Positions 44,976 to 54,746 of a stretch of DNA of 64,000 nt are shown here, piece after piece. The position numbers and the translations under genes were made by a program. The DNA comes from an uncultured Verrucomicrobiae bacterium (lineage in GTDB: Bacteria > Verrucomicrobiota > Verrucomicrobiia > Chthoniobacterales > UBA10450), in the NCBI GenBank assembly GCA_963772365.1, contig CAVYXA010000003.1, positions 512,001 through 576,000 of the forward strand. The letters run 5' to 3'. How positions within the stretch are numbered: the first letter of the stretch is position 1; the number at the start of each line of letters is the position of its first letter. Under the pieces are notes generated by a model. The model made no database searches. It saw only the letters and a program-made list of their open reading frames with translations, and had not been told where the DNA came from.

Positions 44976-45656
44976 GTGACCCGCGTTTTCATGGTCAGGC
45001 ATGGCGCCACAGTCTTGAGCGCTGAAGACCGTTTCGCCGGCGCAACCGATGTCGATCTTTCCGAAGAGGGCCGTGAACAAACACGGCGATTGGCTGACCG
45101 ACTGAGCCGTGAAAAAATCACAGCCGTTTATGCGTCGCCACTGGGACGCGCTGTCGAAACGGCGCAGATTTTGGCTGGGCCGCACAAACTCGAAGTCCAA
45201 ACCCGCGACGAGTTCCGCGAAATTTCGCACGGACGCTGGGAACAACTGACCCGGCGCGAAGTCGAGGAGAAGTTTTCGGAAGAAGCCGCCGAATGGGAAA
45301 AAGACCCGTATACGTTCGCGCCCGCAGGAGGCGAGAGCGGGCTGGCCGTGACGGCGCGAGCCTTACCGGCACTCGTCGATCTCGTTCGCAAGCATTCGGG
45401 TGAAAATATTCTCCTCGTTTCGCACAAAGCGACGATCCGGCTTCTGCTCAGTTCGCTCCTCGGCTTCGATCCCCGTCGCTACCGCGATAACCTCGATCAA
45501 AAACCGGCTGCATTGAACATTGTCGATTTTCGCGACGCGACCCGTGCGCGGCTCACCCTCTTTAACGATACTTCACATTATTCCGAAGCCGGCGAGGCAA
45601 TCCCTTCAGTGCCGGAGGAAAGATTATCGAAATGGTGGAATCGAAAAATGCAGTGA
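44976..45656 (+). CDS. Histidine phosphatase family protein
   Basis: VRHG, YASPL.RA..TA, GGES, LVSH. Confidence 0.9.
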   Translation: MTRVFMVRHGATVLSAEDRFAGATDVDLSEEGREQTRRLADRLSREKITAVYASPLGRAVETAQILAGPHKLEVQTRDEFREISHGRWEQLTRREVEEKFSEEAAEWEKDPYTFAPAGGESGLAVTARALPALVDLVRKHSGENILLVSHKATIRLLLSSLLGFDPRRYRDNLDQKPAALNIVDFRDATRARLTLFNDTSHYSEAGEAIPSVPEERLSKWWNRKMQ

Positions 45657-45723
45657 GCGCAAATTTTTCGGCTTTGCATTCGTCTTCTCTTTTTCGATAT
45701 TAGGCGCGAATCTTTTCTCGAAA

Positions 45724-47618
45724 ATGGACACCGGCACTTCTATCGAAAAACACGAACCAGTCCTTGAGCACGACGAACACGACCATCACGAGCTCGGGTT
45801 CTGGCGAAAATACATTTTTTCCACCGACCACAAAGTCATCGGGATTCAATACGGACTTTGCGGTCTGGTGTTTCTGTGTTCTTCGGTTTCTGTCTGATGA
45901 TGTTGATGCGGTGGCAATTGGCTTATCCCGGGCAGGCTCTGCCAGTGATTGGCAAATGGATTCCCTACATTTTCGGGGCGAACTCAATGCCCGATGGGAA
46001 GATGGCGCCCGATTTCTACAACTCGCTGGGCGCGATGCATGGCACCATCATGATTTTCTTGGGCGTAGTGCCGCTCGCTTTCGCTGCCTTTGGGAACTTC
46101 GTCGTGCCGCTACAGATCGGCGCTCCGGACATGACGTTTCCCAAGGTAAATGCGGCAAGCTTCTGGGCGTTTGCTGTGGGCGGCGTGATCATGCTTTTGA
46201 GTTTCTTCGTGCCGGGCGGCGCGGCCAAAGGTGGATGGACATCCTACACTCCCCTGGCGGCAATTTCGACGATACGGGGCCTGGGCGTCTATCTGGTATT
46301 CAATGGTCAGACGCTTTGGCTGCTCGGATTCATTTTTCTGATTACGTCGTCGCTTCTCGGCGCGGTCAATTTCATCACCACGATCATTCAGCTGCGGGCC
46401 AAAGGTCTTACCTGGATGCGACTGCCATTTTTCGTTTGGGCACAATTTGTGACCGCATTCCTGTTGCTGCTCGCCTTTCCGCCCCTCGAAGCCGCCATCG
46501 TCATGCAACTGATGGATCGCGTCGCCCATACCAGCTTTTTCCTGCCCAGCGGCCTGGTCGTGAATGGCGCGCCGGTCCACATCAGCGGCGGTGGCAGCCC
46601 ACTTCTGTGGCAACATCTCTTTTGGTTTCTCGGACATCCGGAGGTTTACGTCTTGATTTTGCCGGCGTTCGGAATTGTCGGTGAAATCCTCGCGAATAAT
46701 TCGAGAAAACCGCTTTGGGGTTACAAATCCCTCGTCTTTTCCGTGCTCGTGATTGGGTTTCTCTCGTTTGTCGTCTGGGCACATCACATGTGGTTGACGG
46801 GGATGGGCGCGACCGTGAGTGCGTTTTTCCAGACGACCACGCTACTGATCTCAATTCCGTCAGTTATTATTTTGAGCGCCTTTTTCATTTCGCTCTGGGG
46901 CGGCTCGATCCGGTTCACTGTGCCGATGCTTTTTGCGACTGCGTTCTTGCCGATGTTCGGAATTGGTGGCCTGACCGGTATTCCGTTGGCGTTTAATTCC
47001 GCCGATCTCTACCTGCACGATACCTACTACATCATCGCGCATTTCCATTACATCGTCGCCCCCGGCACGATCTTTGGATTATTTGCCGGTGTTTACTACT
47101 GGTTCCCGAAAGCGACCGGCCGAAAGATGAGCGATTTCTGGGGCAAAGTGCATTTCTGGCCCACGCTCATCTGCATGAACGTGATTTTTCTGCCGATGTT
47201 TCTACAGGGAATGGCTGGAATGCATCGGCGCTGGTACGATGGCGGGCAAGGATGGGGCGTTGCCAACGAGCATACCATCTGGGGATTGACTGGCTTTCAA
47301 TGGAACACGCCGATCTCGTGGGCGGCTTGGATCATGGGACTCGCTCAAATCCCGTTCATCATTAATTTCTTCTGGAGCATCAAGCATGGCCAGAAAGTGA
47401 ACGATAATCCGTGGGAAGCGACCACACTTGAGTGGACCGCGCCATCACCCCCGCCTCATGGAAACTTCGTTCACACGCCGGTTGCTTATCGCGGTCCTTA
47501 CGAATACAGCCTGCCCGGAAGCGAGCGTGACTACACGATGCAAAATGAGCCGGTCGAGCCGACGGAGCGCGTGCACAAACCCGCGCATGCGGCCGAGGAG
47601 TTAGTTACGCCAATCTAG
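45724..47618 (+). CDS. ctaD: Cytochrome c oxidase subunit I, A1 family (frameshift near 45875)
   Basis: STDHK.IG, MHGT, GHPEVY, WAHHM, AHFHY, GMHRR. Confidence 0.95.
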
Positions 47619-47643
47619 CCGAACTTGTTTGCTGATATAACAA

Positions 47644-48520
47644 ATGGAAATTCCATACACAGTCTCGACCCGACCTGACACCGGTTTGTGGAATGCGAAG
47701 ATCGGCATCTGGCTTTTTCTTGCCTCGGAAGTGATGCTCTTCGGCGGTCTTTTCTCCGCCTATATTTTTCTGCGAATCGACGCGCAGCCAGGCATGTGGC
47801 CGCATGGTTTGCTCAATGTTCCCGTCGGCACTTTTAATACCGCGATCCTGATCATATCGTCAGTGACGGTAGTGTTGGCGTGGGCGGCGTTCAAGATGCG
47901 CCGATACAATACTTATTGGTGGTACATGCTGGCGACGATTTCATGTGGAGTGATATTCCTGGTGGTCAAACTTGGTTACGAATGGCCGCAGAAGTTCGAC
48001 CACTTCGGCGCTTACATTAAGCCGGAAGCGCTGGCCAAATACGAACAGTATCTCGGTAACGAACACGCCGCTGCGAAAGGTCTTTCACCGCGGCTCGAGA
48101 TCACCGGCCACCTTCACAATCTTAAGGCACTGCACGATCCAAACATCAAGGAATACGAAGTTGCTTTGGATCCGCTAAACGCCGAGCCAACCAATCCGGA
48201 AACGGATCGCCCGCACTTTTGGCCGCATTCCGCTACGGAGAAGATTGCGGTGATCGAGAAAGAGGATGTCCAATACGCCACGATGTTCCTGCCTAAACAC
48301 AGCGCGTATTTCGCCAGTTATTTCACGATCACTGGCTCTGCACGGGGTCCACGTGCTCGCTGGCGTGCTGGTTTTCATTTACATGTGGTTGCCGGTCAGC
48401 AAGCGGCTCTACCAGCGCAATCCGGAGCATTTGGCCAACCGCGTCGAAGTCGCCGGTCTATTCTGGCACTTTGTCGATCTAATCTGGATTTTCGTATTCC
48501 CACTTTTTTATCTGCTTTAG
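47644..48520 (+). CDS. ctaE: Cytochrome c oxidase subunit III (frameshift near 48335)
   Basis: WLFLASEVMLFGGLF, LHGVHV, FWHFVDLIW. Confidence 0.9.
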
Positions 48521-48540
48521 CACCCTTGATGAACAAGCAC

Positions 48541-48624
48541 TGTCATGTTGAGCGAAGCGAAACATCTCAATCTTCCCGTATCGGGAGAAATGATCAGAGA
48601 TTCTTCGCTTTGCTCAGAATGACA
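48541..48624. repeat. Family E palindromic element
   Basis: TGTCATGTTGAGCGAAGCGAA...TTCGCTTTGCTCAGAATGACA. Confidence 0.8.
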
Positions 48625-48644
48625 ATTTGAGAAAGCATAGGTTC

Positions 48645-48987
48645 ATGAACAACCCGCCAGACGTTTCACCCGACTCGAAGGAATACGAGGAATACGCCCA
48701 CGGGATCCGCAAACACGTGAAGGGCTATCTGATGGTCGGCGCGATTCTTATCACGTTCACCGCTCTTACCGTCGCGCTTTCCTATGTGAATTTCGGCACG
48801 CCAAAAGCGAACATCGCAGTCGCGATGCTCGTGGCCATGATTAAGGCCGGCTGCGTGGCGGCTGTATTCATGCATCTGGCCGCAGAGAAACGACTCATTT
48901 ACCGAATCCTGATTTTCACCGGCTTCTTTGTGCTCGGACTTTTCTGGCTTACATTTTCTGGCTTGGTACAACCCCGTTGTTCGATAA
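48645..48987 (+). CDS. Cytochrome c oxidase subunit IV family protein (frameshift near 3' end)
   Basis: Three TM helices; KA..V..VFMHL motif. Confidence 0.8.
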
Positions 48988-49197
48988 ATGTCACTCAAGG
49001 GATTTCACATTTTTTTCATCGTTTTCACAACCGTGATGGCGCTGGGCGTCGGCGCATGGTGCATATGGGTTAATTGGTGGAAGGCGAGCCGATTTTTATC
49101 GCCGGCGCCATTGCTTCATTCGCGTCCGCCATTGCTCTGGTAATTTACGGCGTCTGGTTTTACCGAAAAATGAAACGATCTGCGTCTCATCACATGA
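48988..49197 (+). CDS. Small two-TM hypothetical protein (frameshifted)
   Basis: MSLKGFHIFFI...YGVWFYRKMK. Confidence 0.6.
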
Positions 49198-49574
49198 AAC
49201 AACTGCATTCGATTTCGCGACAGCTTTTGGAGTGCGACACCTTGGCGTCGCTTTCGCAACGACGCGCGAAAAGCGGTGCGAGGACGCCCCGCACTCCTAA
49301 AGCGCTTCGCGCGAAACTCAGCAAGACTTTCTCGGTGCTTCTAATGTTGATCTTGCTTTCCGCTCAGCAGGCGGCCGCTTGTCCATTTTGCTATGGCGCC
49401 AAGGATGGCAAAGCGTCCGAGCACATGGCCGTCGCAATCTGGTTTCTATTTGGTGCAGTGCTGTCGGTTTTTGGCGGCATCGGCGCATTCAGTTTTCATC
49501 TCTGGCGTCATGGGCGAATGCCGACTCCTCCTTACGAGGAACTGACCGAGGACGATTTGACCAAATATGACTAG
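49194..49574 (+). CDS. Small membrane protein with CPFC motif and a repeat-derived N-terminal extension
   Basis: Signal-like helix, AAACPFCYG, TM helix; 49213..49316 is a family D element. Confidence 0.6.
   Translation: MKQLHSISRQLLECDTLASLSQRRAKSGARTPRTPKALRAKLSKTFSVLLMLILLSAQQAAACPFCYGAKDGKASEHMAVAIWFLFGAVLSVFGGIGAFSFHLWRHGRMPTPPYEELTEDDLTKYD
49213..49316. repeat. Family D REPIN-like element
   Basis: TTTCGCGA..GGAGTGCG...CGCACTCC..CGCGAAA. Confidence 0.75.
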
Positions 49575-50447
49575 CCTCGCGCTTATCAACGAATTTCTCG
49601 GCCAGCCGCCAAACGTTGCCGAGCATGGTTATCAAATCGATCACATCCTGGAGTTCTGCCATTGGTTCATGGGCGCGTCTGTTTGTTGGCTGGTCGGCCT
49701 TTTTCATTTTTGTCCTTTTCCGATTCCGCCGAGGCCGACAACCCAGGGCCGATCACGAAGGAGTGCGAAGCGGGATCTCAACCCATCTGGAATTTTCGGT
49801 CGTCTTGATCGAAGCGGTCCTGCTCGTCGGGTTCGCTCTTCCGCTCTGGGCAAAGCGCGTGAATGAATTTCCTACAGGCAAGGATGCGATCCTTGTCCAC
49901 GTCGTCGGTCAGCAGTTCAGTTGGAATTATCATTTGCCGGGGCCGGATGGACAATTTGGCCATCGCAGTGTCGATCTGGTGAGCAATTCCAATCCGCTCG
50001 GGCTCGACCGCAACGATCCGGCCAGCAAGGATGACATCGTCACACTTGGAGAATTGCACGTGCCAGTCGATCGTCCGGTGATCATCGAGCTTTCGTCCAA
50101 GGATGTGATTCACAATTTCTGTTTGCCAAATATGCGGATCGCCACCGACGCAATTCCCGGGCAGCTCAACCCGATGTGGTTTACGCCGGTCAAGACTGGA
50201 ACCTACGAAGTGATTTGCGGTCAGCTTTGCGGTCTCGGCCATTACGGGATGAAAGGGACGCTCGTGGTCGATATCGCCGGCAGGATTATCAAGCCTGGTT
50301 AAAAGAACGCGCCGAGTTGGCGGCGAACACCAGCCGCGCCTCCGCCGATGCAGCGTCCTGCCGGCGAACCGCCGGTCGGCCCGACTCCTGGCTCAATTCC
50401 TCTGCCAGGGGCCGGGACAACGCCCTGCGCCGACGCCCGGCGGATAA
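49567..50447 (+). CDS. ctaC: Cytochrome c oxidase subunit II (frameshifted; 3' end approximate)
   Basis: GQQFSW, DVIHNF, DAIPG, CGQLCGLGHYGM CuA motif. Confidence 0.9.
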
Positions 50448-50461
50448 ATCTTCGACTTCTC

Positions 50462-50549
50462 TGTAGCGGCGCGTCTATGCCGTCTCAATTTTCGTATTTG
50501 TGGCAGCATCGCTATCAAAAATCGTTGACGGTCGTAGACCGCCGCTACA
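50462..50549. repeat. GTAG-type REPIN-like element at the ctaC-ctaA junction
   Basis: TGTAGCGGCG...GACCGCCGCTACA. Confidence 0.8.
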
Positions 50550-51571
50550 AGCATAAGTCTGGCTCAAGCCGTTTCGCCTGGCTCACATGTGTTCGCGACG
50601 CTCTTGTTGATTTGCAGTGGTGGAATGGTCACGAGCAAAGGCGTCGGCCTTTCCGTTCCCGATTGGCCAACTACATTCGGCTACAACATGTTCCTGTTTC
50701 CGGTTTCGAAATGGGTCGGTGGAATTTTGTTCGAACATACCCATCGCCTGATGGGTTCGTTCGTCGGGTTTCTTACCATCATTCTCGCGGCCTGGCTCTG
50801 GCTCTCGCGAGGATCGACAATGGGTGCGGAATCTTGGCGTCATTGCCGTGGCTGCCGTGGTTGTGCAGGGAATTCTCGGCGGTCTTCGCGTTACCATGCT
50901 GAAAGATGAGATCGGCGATTTTTCACGCGTGCATTGCCCAGGCCTTTCCTCAGTCTGCTCGTTTTCATTGCGCTGGTGACCACAAAATTTTGGCGCATCG
51001 TTGGCAACTCAACCTCGGCTTCCGGAAAAGCGCGCCGGTGCATTGCTCGCATTTGCGCTGGCAATCACGATAGCGATTTATCTTCAGCTTGCGTTCGGCG
51101 CCACGATGCGCCATCAGCATCGTGATCTGGCGATTCTCGATTTTCCCACTGTTAACGGCGCCTGGATTCCCGACACCAGCGCGCCAAGCTCTGGCGAAAA
51201 TAAATGCGTGGCGCGAAGCGCGCGCCTTGTCCGAAGTGACCGCATTCCAAATCTGGTTGCAGATGGCGCACCGTTTTCTGGCGTTCGCGATCGCTATCGC
51301 GATGATCGTTTTTTTCGTTCAGCGTCTGGCGAGATGCAAACGATTCGTCGCGAGCCTCATCTAAGCGGGGTTGTCGATGTCATGGCTGGCCCTGGTTTTA
51401 TGTCAGGTCACGCTTGGAGCTTGGACGATTTGGAGCAACAAAGCCGCTGATGTTGCGACGGCGCATGTCGCTGTCGGCGCGATCATGCTATCTTTCGGCG
51501 TGAGCATTTCGGCAGTTTCCTGGCGAACTTTCCAAGTCGAGCCATTGGCCGCAATTGTCGATCAGCCCTAG
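50477..51571 (+). CDS. ctaA: Heme A synthase (COX15/CtaA), several frameshifts; start uncertain
   Basis: GLSVPDWP, FEHTHRL, QMAHRF, QVTLGA, TAHVAVG. Confidence 0.82.
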
Positions 51572-51584
51572 CCAGTGCGCTGGC

Positions 51585-52486
51585 ATGAAAACAGTTCGCC
51601 ATTGAGAAGCCGGAAGCGGTTCCATCGCGCAGCCGGTTTGTGCCGATTTCGCCGAGCTGGTCAAAGCTCGATTAACCTTGCTCGTGCTTCTCACGACTGC
51701 AGTCGGTTTTTATCTGGGCGCCGAGTCGCCCATTAGATTACGTCGCGCTTGTTTCACGTCGTGTTTGGAACAGCAGCGGCAGCGGCAGGCGCGGCGGCGC
51801 TGAATCAATGGTGGGAACGGCGCCTCGATGCGTTGATGCATCGAACCAAAACGCGTCCTGTTCCGGCTGGCCGGATGCGGCCTGTCGAAGCGCTCGTCAC
51901 TTGGCCTCGCGCTGTCGATCTTCGGTGATCGGCTATCTCACAGTCGCCTGCAACTTCCAGCGCTCTGCTCGCAGCGATTACGATCGCCATTTACATTTTC
52001 GGTTACACTCCGCTTAAACGCACGAGCACTGCAAACACAGCCGTCGGTCAATTCCCGGTGCGCTTCCGCCTGTGATCGGCTGGGCCGCGGCCCAGGGAAC
52101 ATTGAGCATTGAAGCGTGGAGTCTGTTTGTGATTCTTGATTCTGTGGCAATTGCCCCATTTCTTCGCCATCGCCTGGATGTATCGCGATGATTATTCCCG
52201 CGCCGGATTTCGAATGATTTCCAGCGATGATTCCACCGGCGAACGCAGTGCCAGCCAGAGCGTTTTCTTCTGCATCCTGCTCCTGATCATGGCCGGTCTG
52301 CCTTCGTTTCTCGGAGTGGTCACAATGTTTTATTTGCCTGCAGAGCTTCTTCTTGGCGGCTTGTTCGTAGCCGTTGCCATGCGATTTTTACGAATCCGTA
52401 CCGCCGCGTCGGCGCGAGCATTATTCATCATGTCGATCGTGTACCTGCCTCTGCTCTTGATCGCGTTAGTCTTGACCAAGTCATGA
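51585..52486 (+). CDS. ctaB: Heme O synthase (protoheme IX farnesyltransferase), several frameshifts
   Basis: DALMHRTKTRP, YTPLKR, WQLPHF..IAW.YRDDY.RAG. Confidence 0.87.
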
Positions 52487-52491
52487 AATCG

Positions 52492-52603
52492 TTTCGCGAA
52501 GCTTTAGGAGTGCGCACGCGTTCTCGCGTCGCTTTTCGACTCGGCTCACCTGGTGTCAAAGCGATGCGAAGACGCATCGCACTCCAAAGCACTTCGTGCG
52601 AAA
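52492..52603. repeat. Family D REPIN-like element
   Basis: TTTCGCGAAGCTTTAGGAGTGCG...CGCACTCCAAAGCACTTCGTGCGAAA. Confidence 0.8.
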
Positions 52604-52617
52604 TTTGAGAGAGAAAC

Positions 52618-53271
52618 ATGGACACAGCCTCTGCCACAATGAATCGCGCGCCGGCGCGGCGCGTCACGGCTTGGAAAGTTATCCTCATTCTGATTCCATT
52701 CTTAACGCTGGCGTTGCTGCTATGGCTGCGAAATGTCGAGGTGAAAACGCTCCGAGCGCGGCACATCTCCTCCTATGGCGCGGTGCCGCCGTTCGAGCTG
52801 ACGAATCAAAACGGGCAGCCGTTCGGGTCTGCTCAACTCGCCGGCAAAATCTGGATCGCCGATTTTATTTACACGACCTGCCCGGGGCCGTGCCCGATCA
52901 TCAGCATGCGCATGGCCGAGTTACAAAAACCGCTCGAGAAAACTGGCGTGCATCTCGTTTCATTCACTGTCGATCCCAAGAAGGACACGCCTGAGGTCTT
53001 GCGCAAATATGCCGACAATCTGCGAGCCGATCCACGCCGCTGGGATTTCCTCACCGGGCCAATCTCAGCCATCTACAAATTGGCCCATGACGGATTCAAG
53101 CTCGCTGTCTCGAACGGAGCCGAGGAACAGGGCATTCCTGTTCACAGCACCCGAATGGTTTTAGTGGATCGACATGGTCAAATCCGCGGTTATTACGAAG
53201 CGACAGACGCGGAGGCGATCACCAAGCTACTTGCCGACACGAATCATTTGCTGCGCGAACAGCCGAAGTAA
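52618..53271 (+). CDS. SCO/SenC copper chaperone
   Basis: FIYTTCPGPCP, VDP..DTP, HS. Confidence 0.92.
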   Translation: MDTASATMNRAPARRVTAWKVILILIPFLTLALLLWLRNVEVKTLRARHISSYGAVPPFELTNQNGQPFGSAQLAGKIWIADFIYTTCPGPCPIISMRMAELQKPLEKTGVHLVSFTVDPKKDTPEVLRKYADNLRADPRRWDFLTGPISAIYKLAHDGFKLAVSNGAEEQGIPVHSTRMVLVDRHGQIRGYYEATDAEAITKLLADTNHLLREQPK

Positions 53272-53280
53272 AAGAAAGAT

Positions 53281-53395
53281 TGTCATCCTGAGCGGAGCGA
53301 AGGATCTCAAATCTTTTCAGCCGCTCTTTTCCCCTTAGCGGTGAACGTCGCAAACTTTCGCCCCAGAATGGCGACGGTCGCAGACCGCCGCTACA
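53281..53395. repeat. Family E half-element plus GTAG-type REP between convergent genes
   Basis: TGTCATCCTGAGCGGAGCGAAGGATCTC and CGACGGTCGCAGACCGCCGCTACA. Confidence 0.7.
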
Positions 53396-53416
53396 TGCAA
53401 GGCAACATCTCCTTAA

Positions 53417-54688
53417 TTAGCCGATCTTTTTTACCTTCGCGGTCAATCCTTCCACTCCCGCAATCTGCGCCCGCTCGCCCTCCTGAATAGGAGTATCGCT
53501 GAACGCATTCCAATATTCGCCTTCGATAAAGATGCGTCCGCCGCGCGCGTCGATGAGCGTAAGTGCTGTCGCGGTTTTTCCGATCAGTGATTCCAATCCA
53601 ACTTTTACCGGCAACCGTTGCGCTCTTAGTCCCTTCCCGATTACGAATAAAAAGAACGCGGCGGTGACGATGGTCGCCGGAATAATGTAGGCGAGCGATA
53701 ACCGAAAGAGCGGATCGGCACGATTGAAAAGCATGAGCGAGCCGATCAGAAAAGCAATGATGCCGCCAATGGTGAGTACGCCATGCGTCGGGGCATAAAC
53801 ATCAAAAACGAACAGCGCCAGCGCCAAACCGATCAGGGCCAATCCCGTCACATTGACCGGCAGGATCGCTGCCAGGTAAAGGAACAGAACCAGCGCGATG
53901 GCACCGGCCACGCCCGGAAGTATTGCGCCAGGCGTGCTCACTTCGGCGATGATTCCGTAAATTGCCACTAGCATCAGAATAAACATCACCTCCGGTCGCC
54001 ACAGCTTTTGAAAGACCTGCTCCGAGGCTGACATTTTGATTTCCGTAACTTGAGCTCCTGCTGTATTGAGCATTTTTCCGTCTACCACCCGCCCATTCAG
54101 TTTATTGAGCAGGTCTGGCATATCGACCGCGATAAGATCGACAACTTTTAACTGGAGCGCTTTGTCCGCACTAATCGATGCGCTCTCTTTCACCGCCGAT
54201 TTGGCCCACTCCACGTTGCGTTTCCGTTTTCCCGCGATTGCTTCGATGTAGCTCACCGAAAAATTTTCCAGCTTTTGCTTCATCGTGTCGTCCATCTTTT
54301 CCTCGCCACCGCCGATACCGCCTATCGAGACCGGATGAGCAGCGCCAATCGTCGTCGCCGGAGCCATTGCCGAGACACTCGCCGCCATCGTGATGAAACA
54401 ACCCGCGCTGGTAGCCGTCGCTCCTGTGGGCGAAACGTAAACGACGACCGGGACTGGTGACCCCAAAAAGCTTTGGACAATCTTCTGGGTCGAATCGAGT
54501 AAGCCGCCTGGCGTGTTCAGTTGAATGATCAAACATTGCGCGTTTTGCTTCTGCGCTTCACCGATGCTGCGCGCGATGTAACTCGCCGTCGCAGGTCCAA
54601 TCGCGCCGTCGATCTTGATAAGGGAAACTTTTTCCGCCGCCGTCGCGGTGGCGCACAGCAGCAAGAACAACAAGGCTGCCGGTTTCAT
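53417..54688 (-). CDS. NfeD-family membrane-bound serine protease (long form)
   Basis: LNTPGG, SAG, TIGAAHPV, TM bundle, C-terminal OB fold (GEYWNA). Confidence 0.9.
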   Translation of the reverse strand: MKPAALLFLLLCATATAAEKVSLIKIDGAIGPATASYIARSIGEAQKQNAQCLIIQLNTPGGLLDSTQKIVQSFLGSPVPVVVYVSPTGATATSAGCFITMAASVSAMAPATTIGAAHPVSIGGIGGGEEKMDDTMKQKLENFSVSYIEAIAGKRKRNVEWAKSAVKESASISADKALQLKVVDLIAVDMPDLLNKLNGRVVDGKMLNTAGAQVTEIKMSASEQVFQKLWRPEVMFILMLVAIYGIIAEVSTPGAILPGVAGAIALVLFLYLAAILPVNVTGLALIGLALALFVFDVYAPTHGVLTIGGIIAFLIGSLMLFNRADPLFRLSLAYIIPATIVTAAFFLFVIGKGLRAQRLPVKVGLESLIGKTATALTLIDARGGRIFIEGEYWNAFSDTPIQEGERAQIAGVEGLTAKVKKIG

Positions 54689-54746
54689 CTTTTCCTCTGG
54701 TAAAGATTATGTCGAATTGCAAACGAAGCCAAGTGGATCGCGCGAA

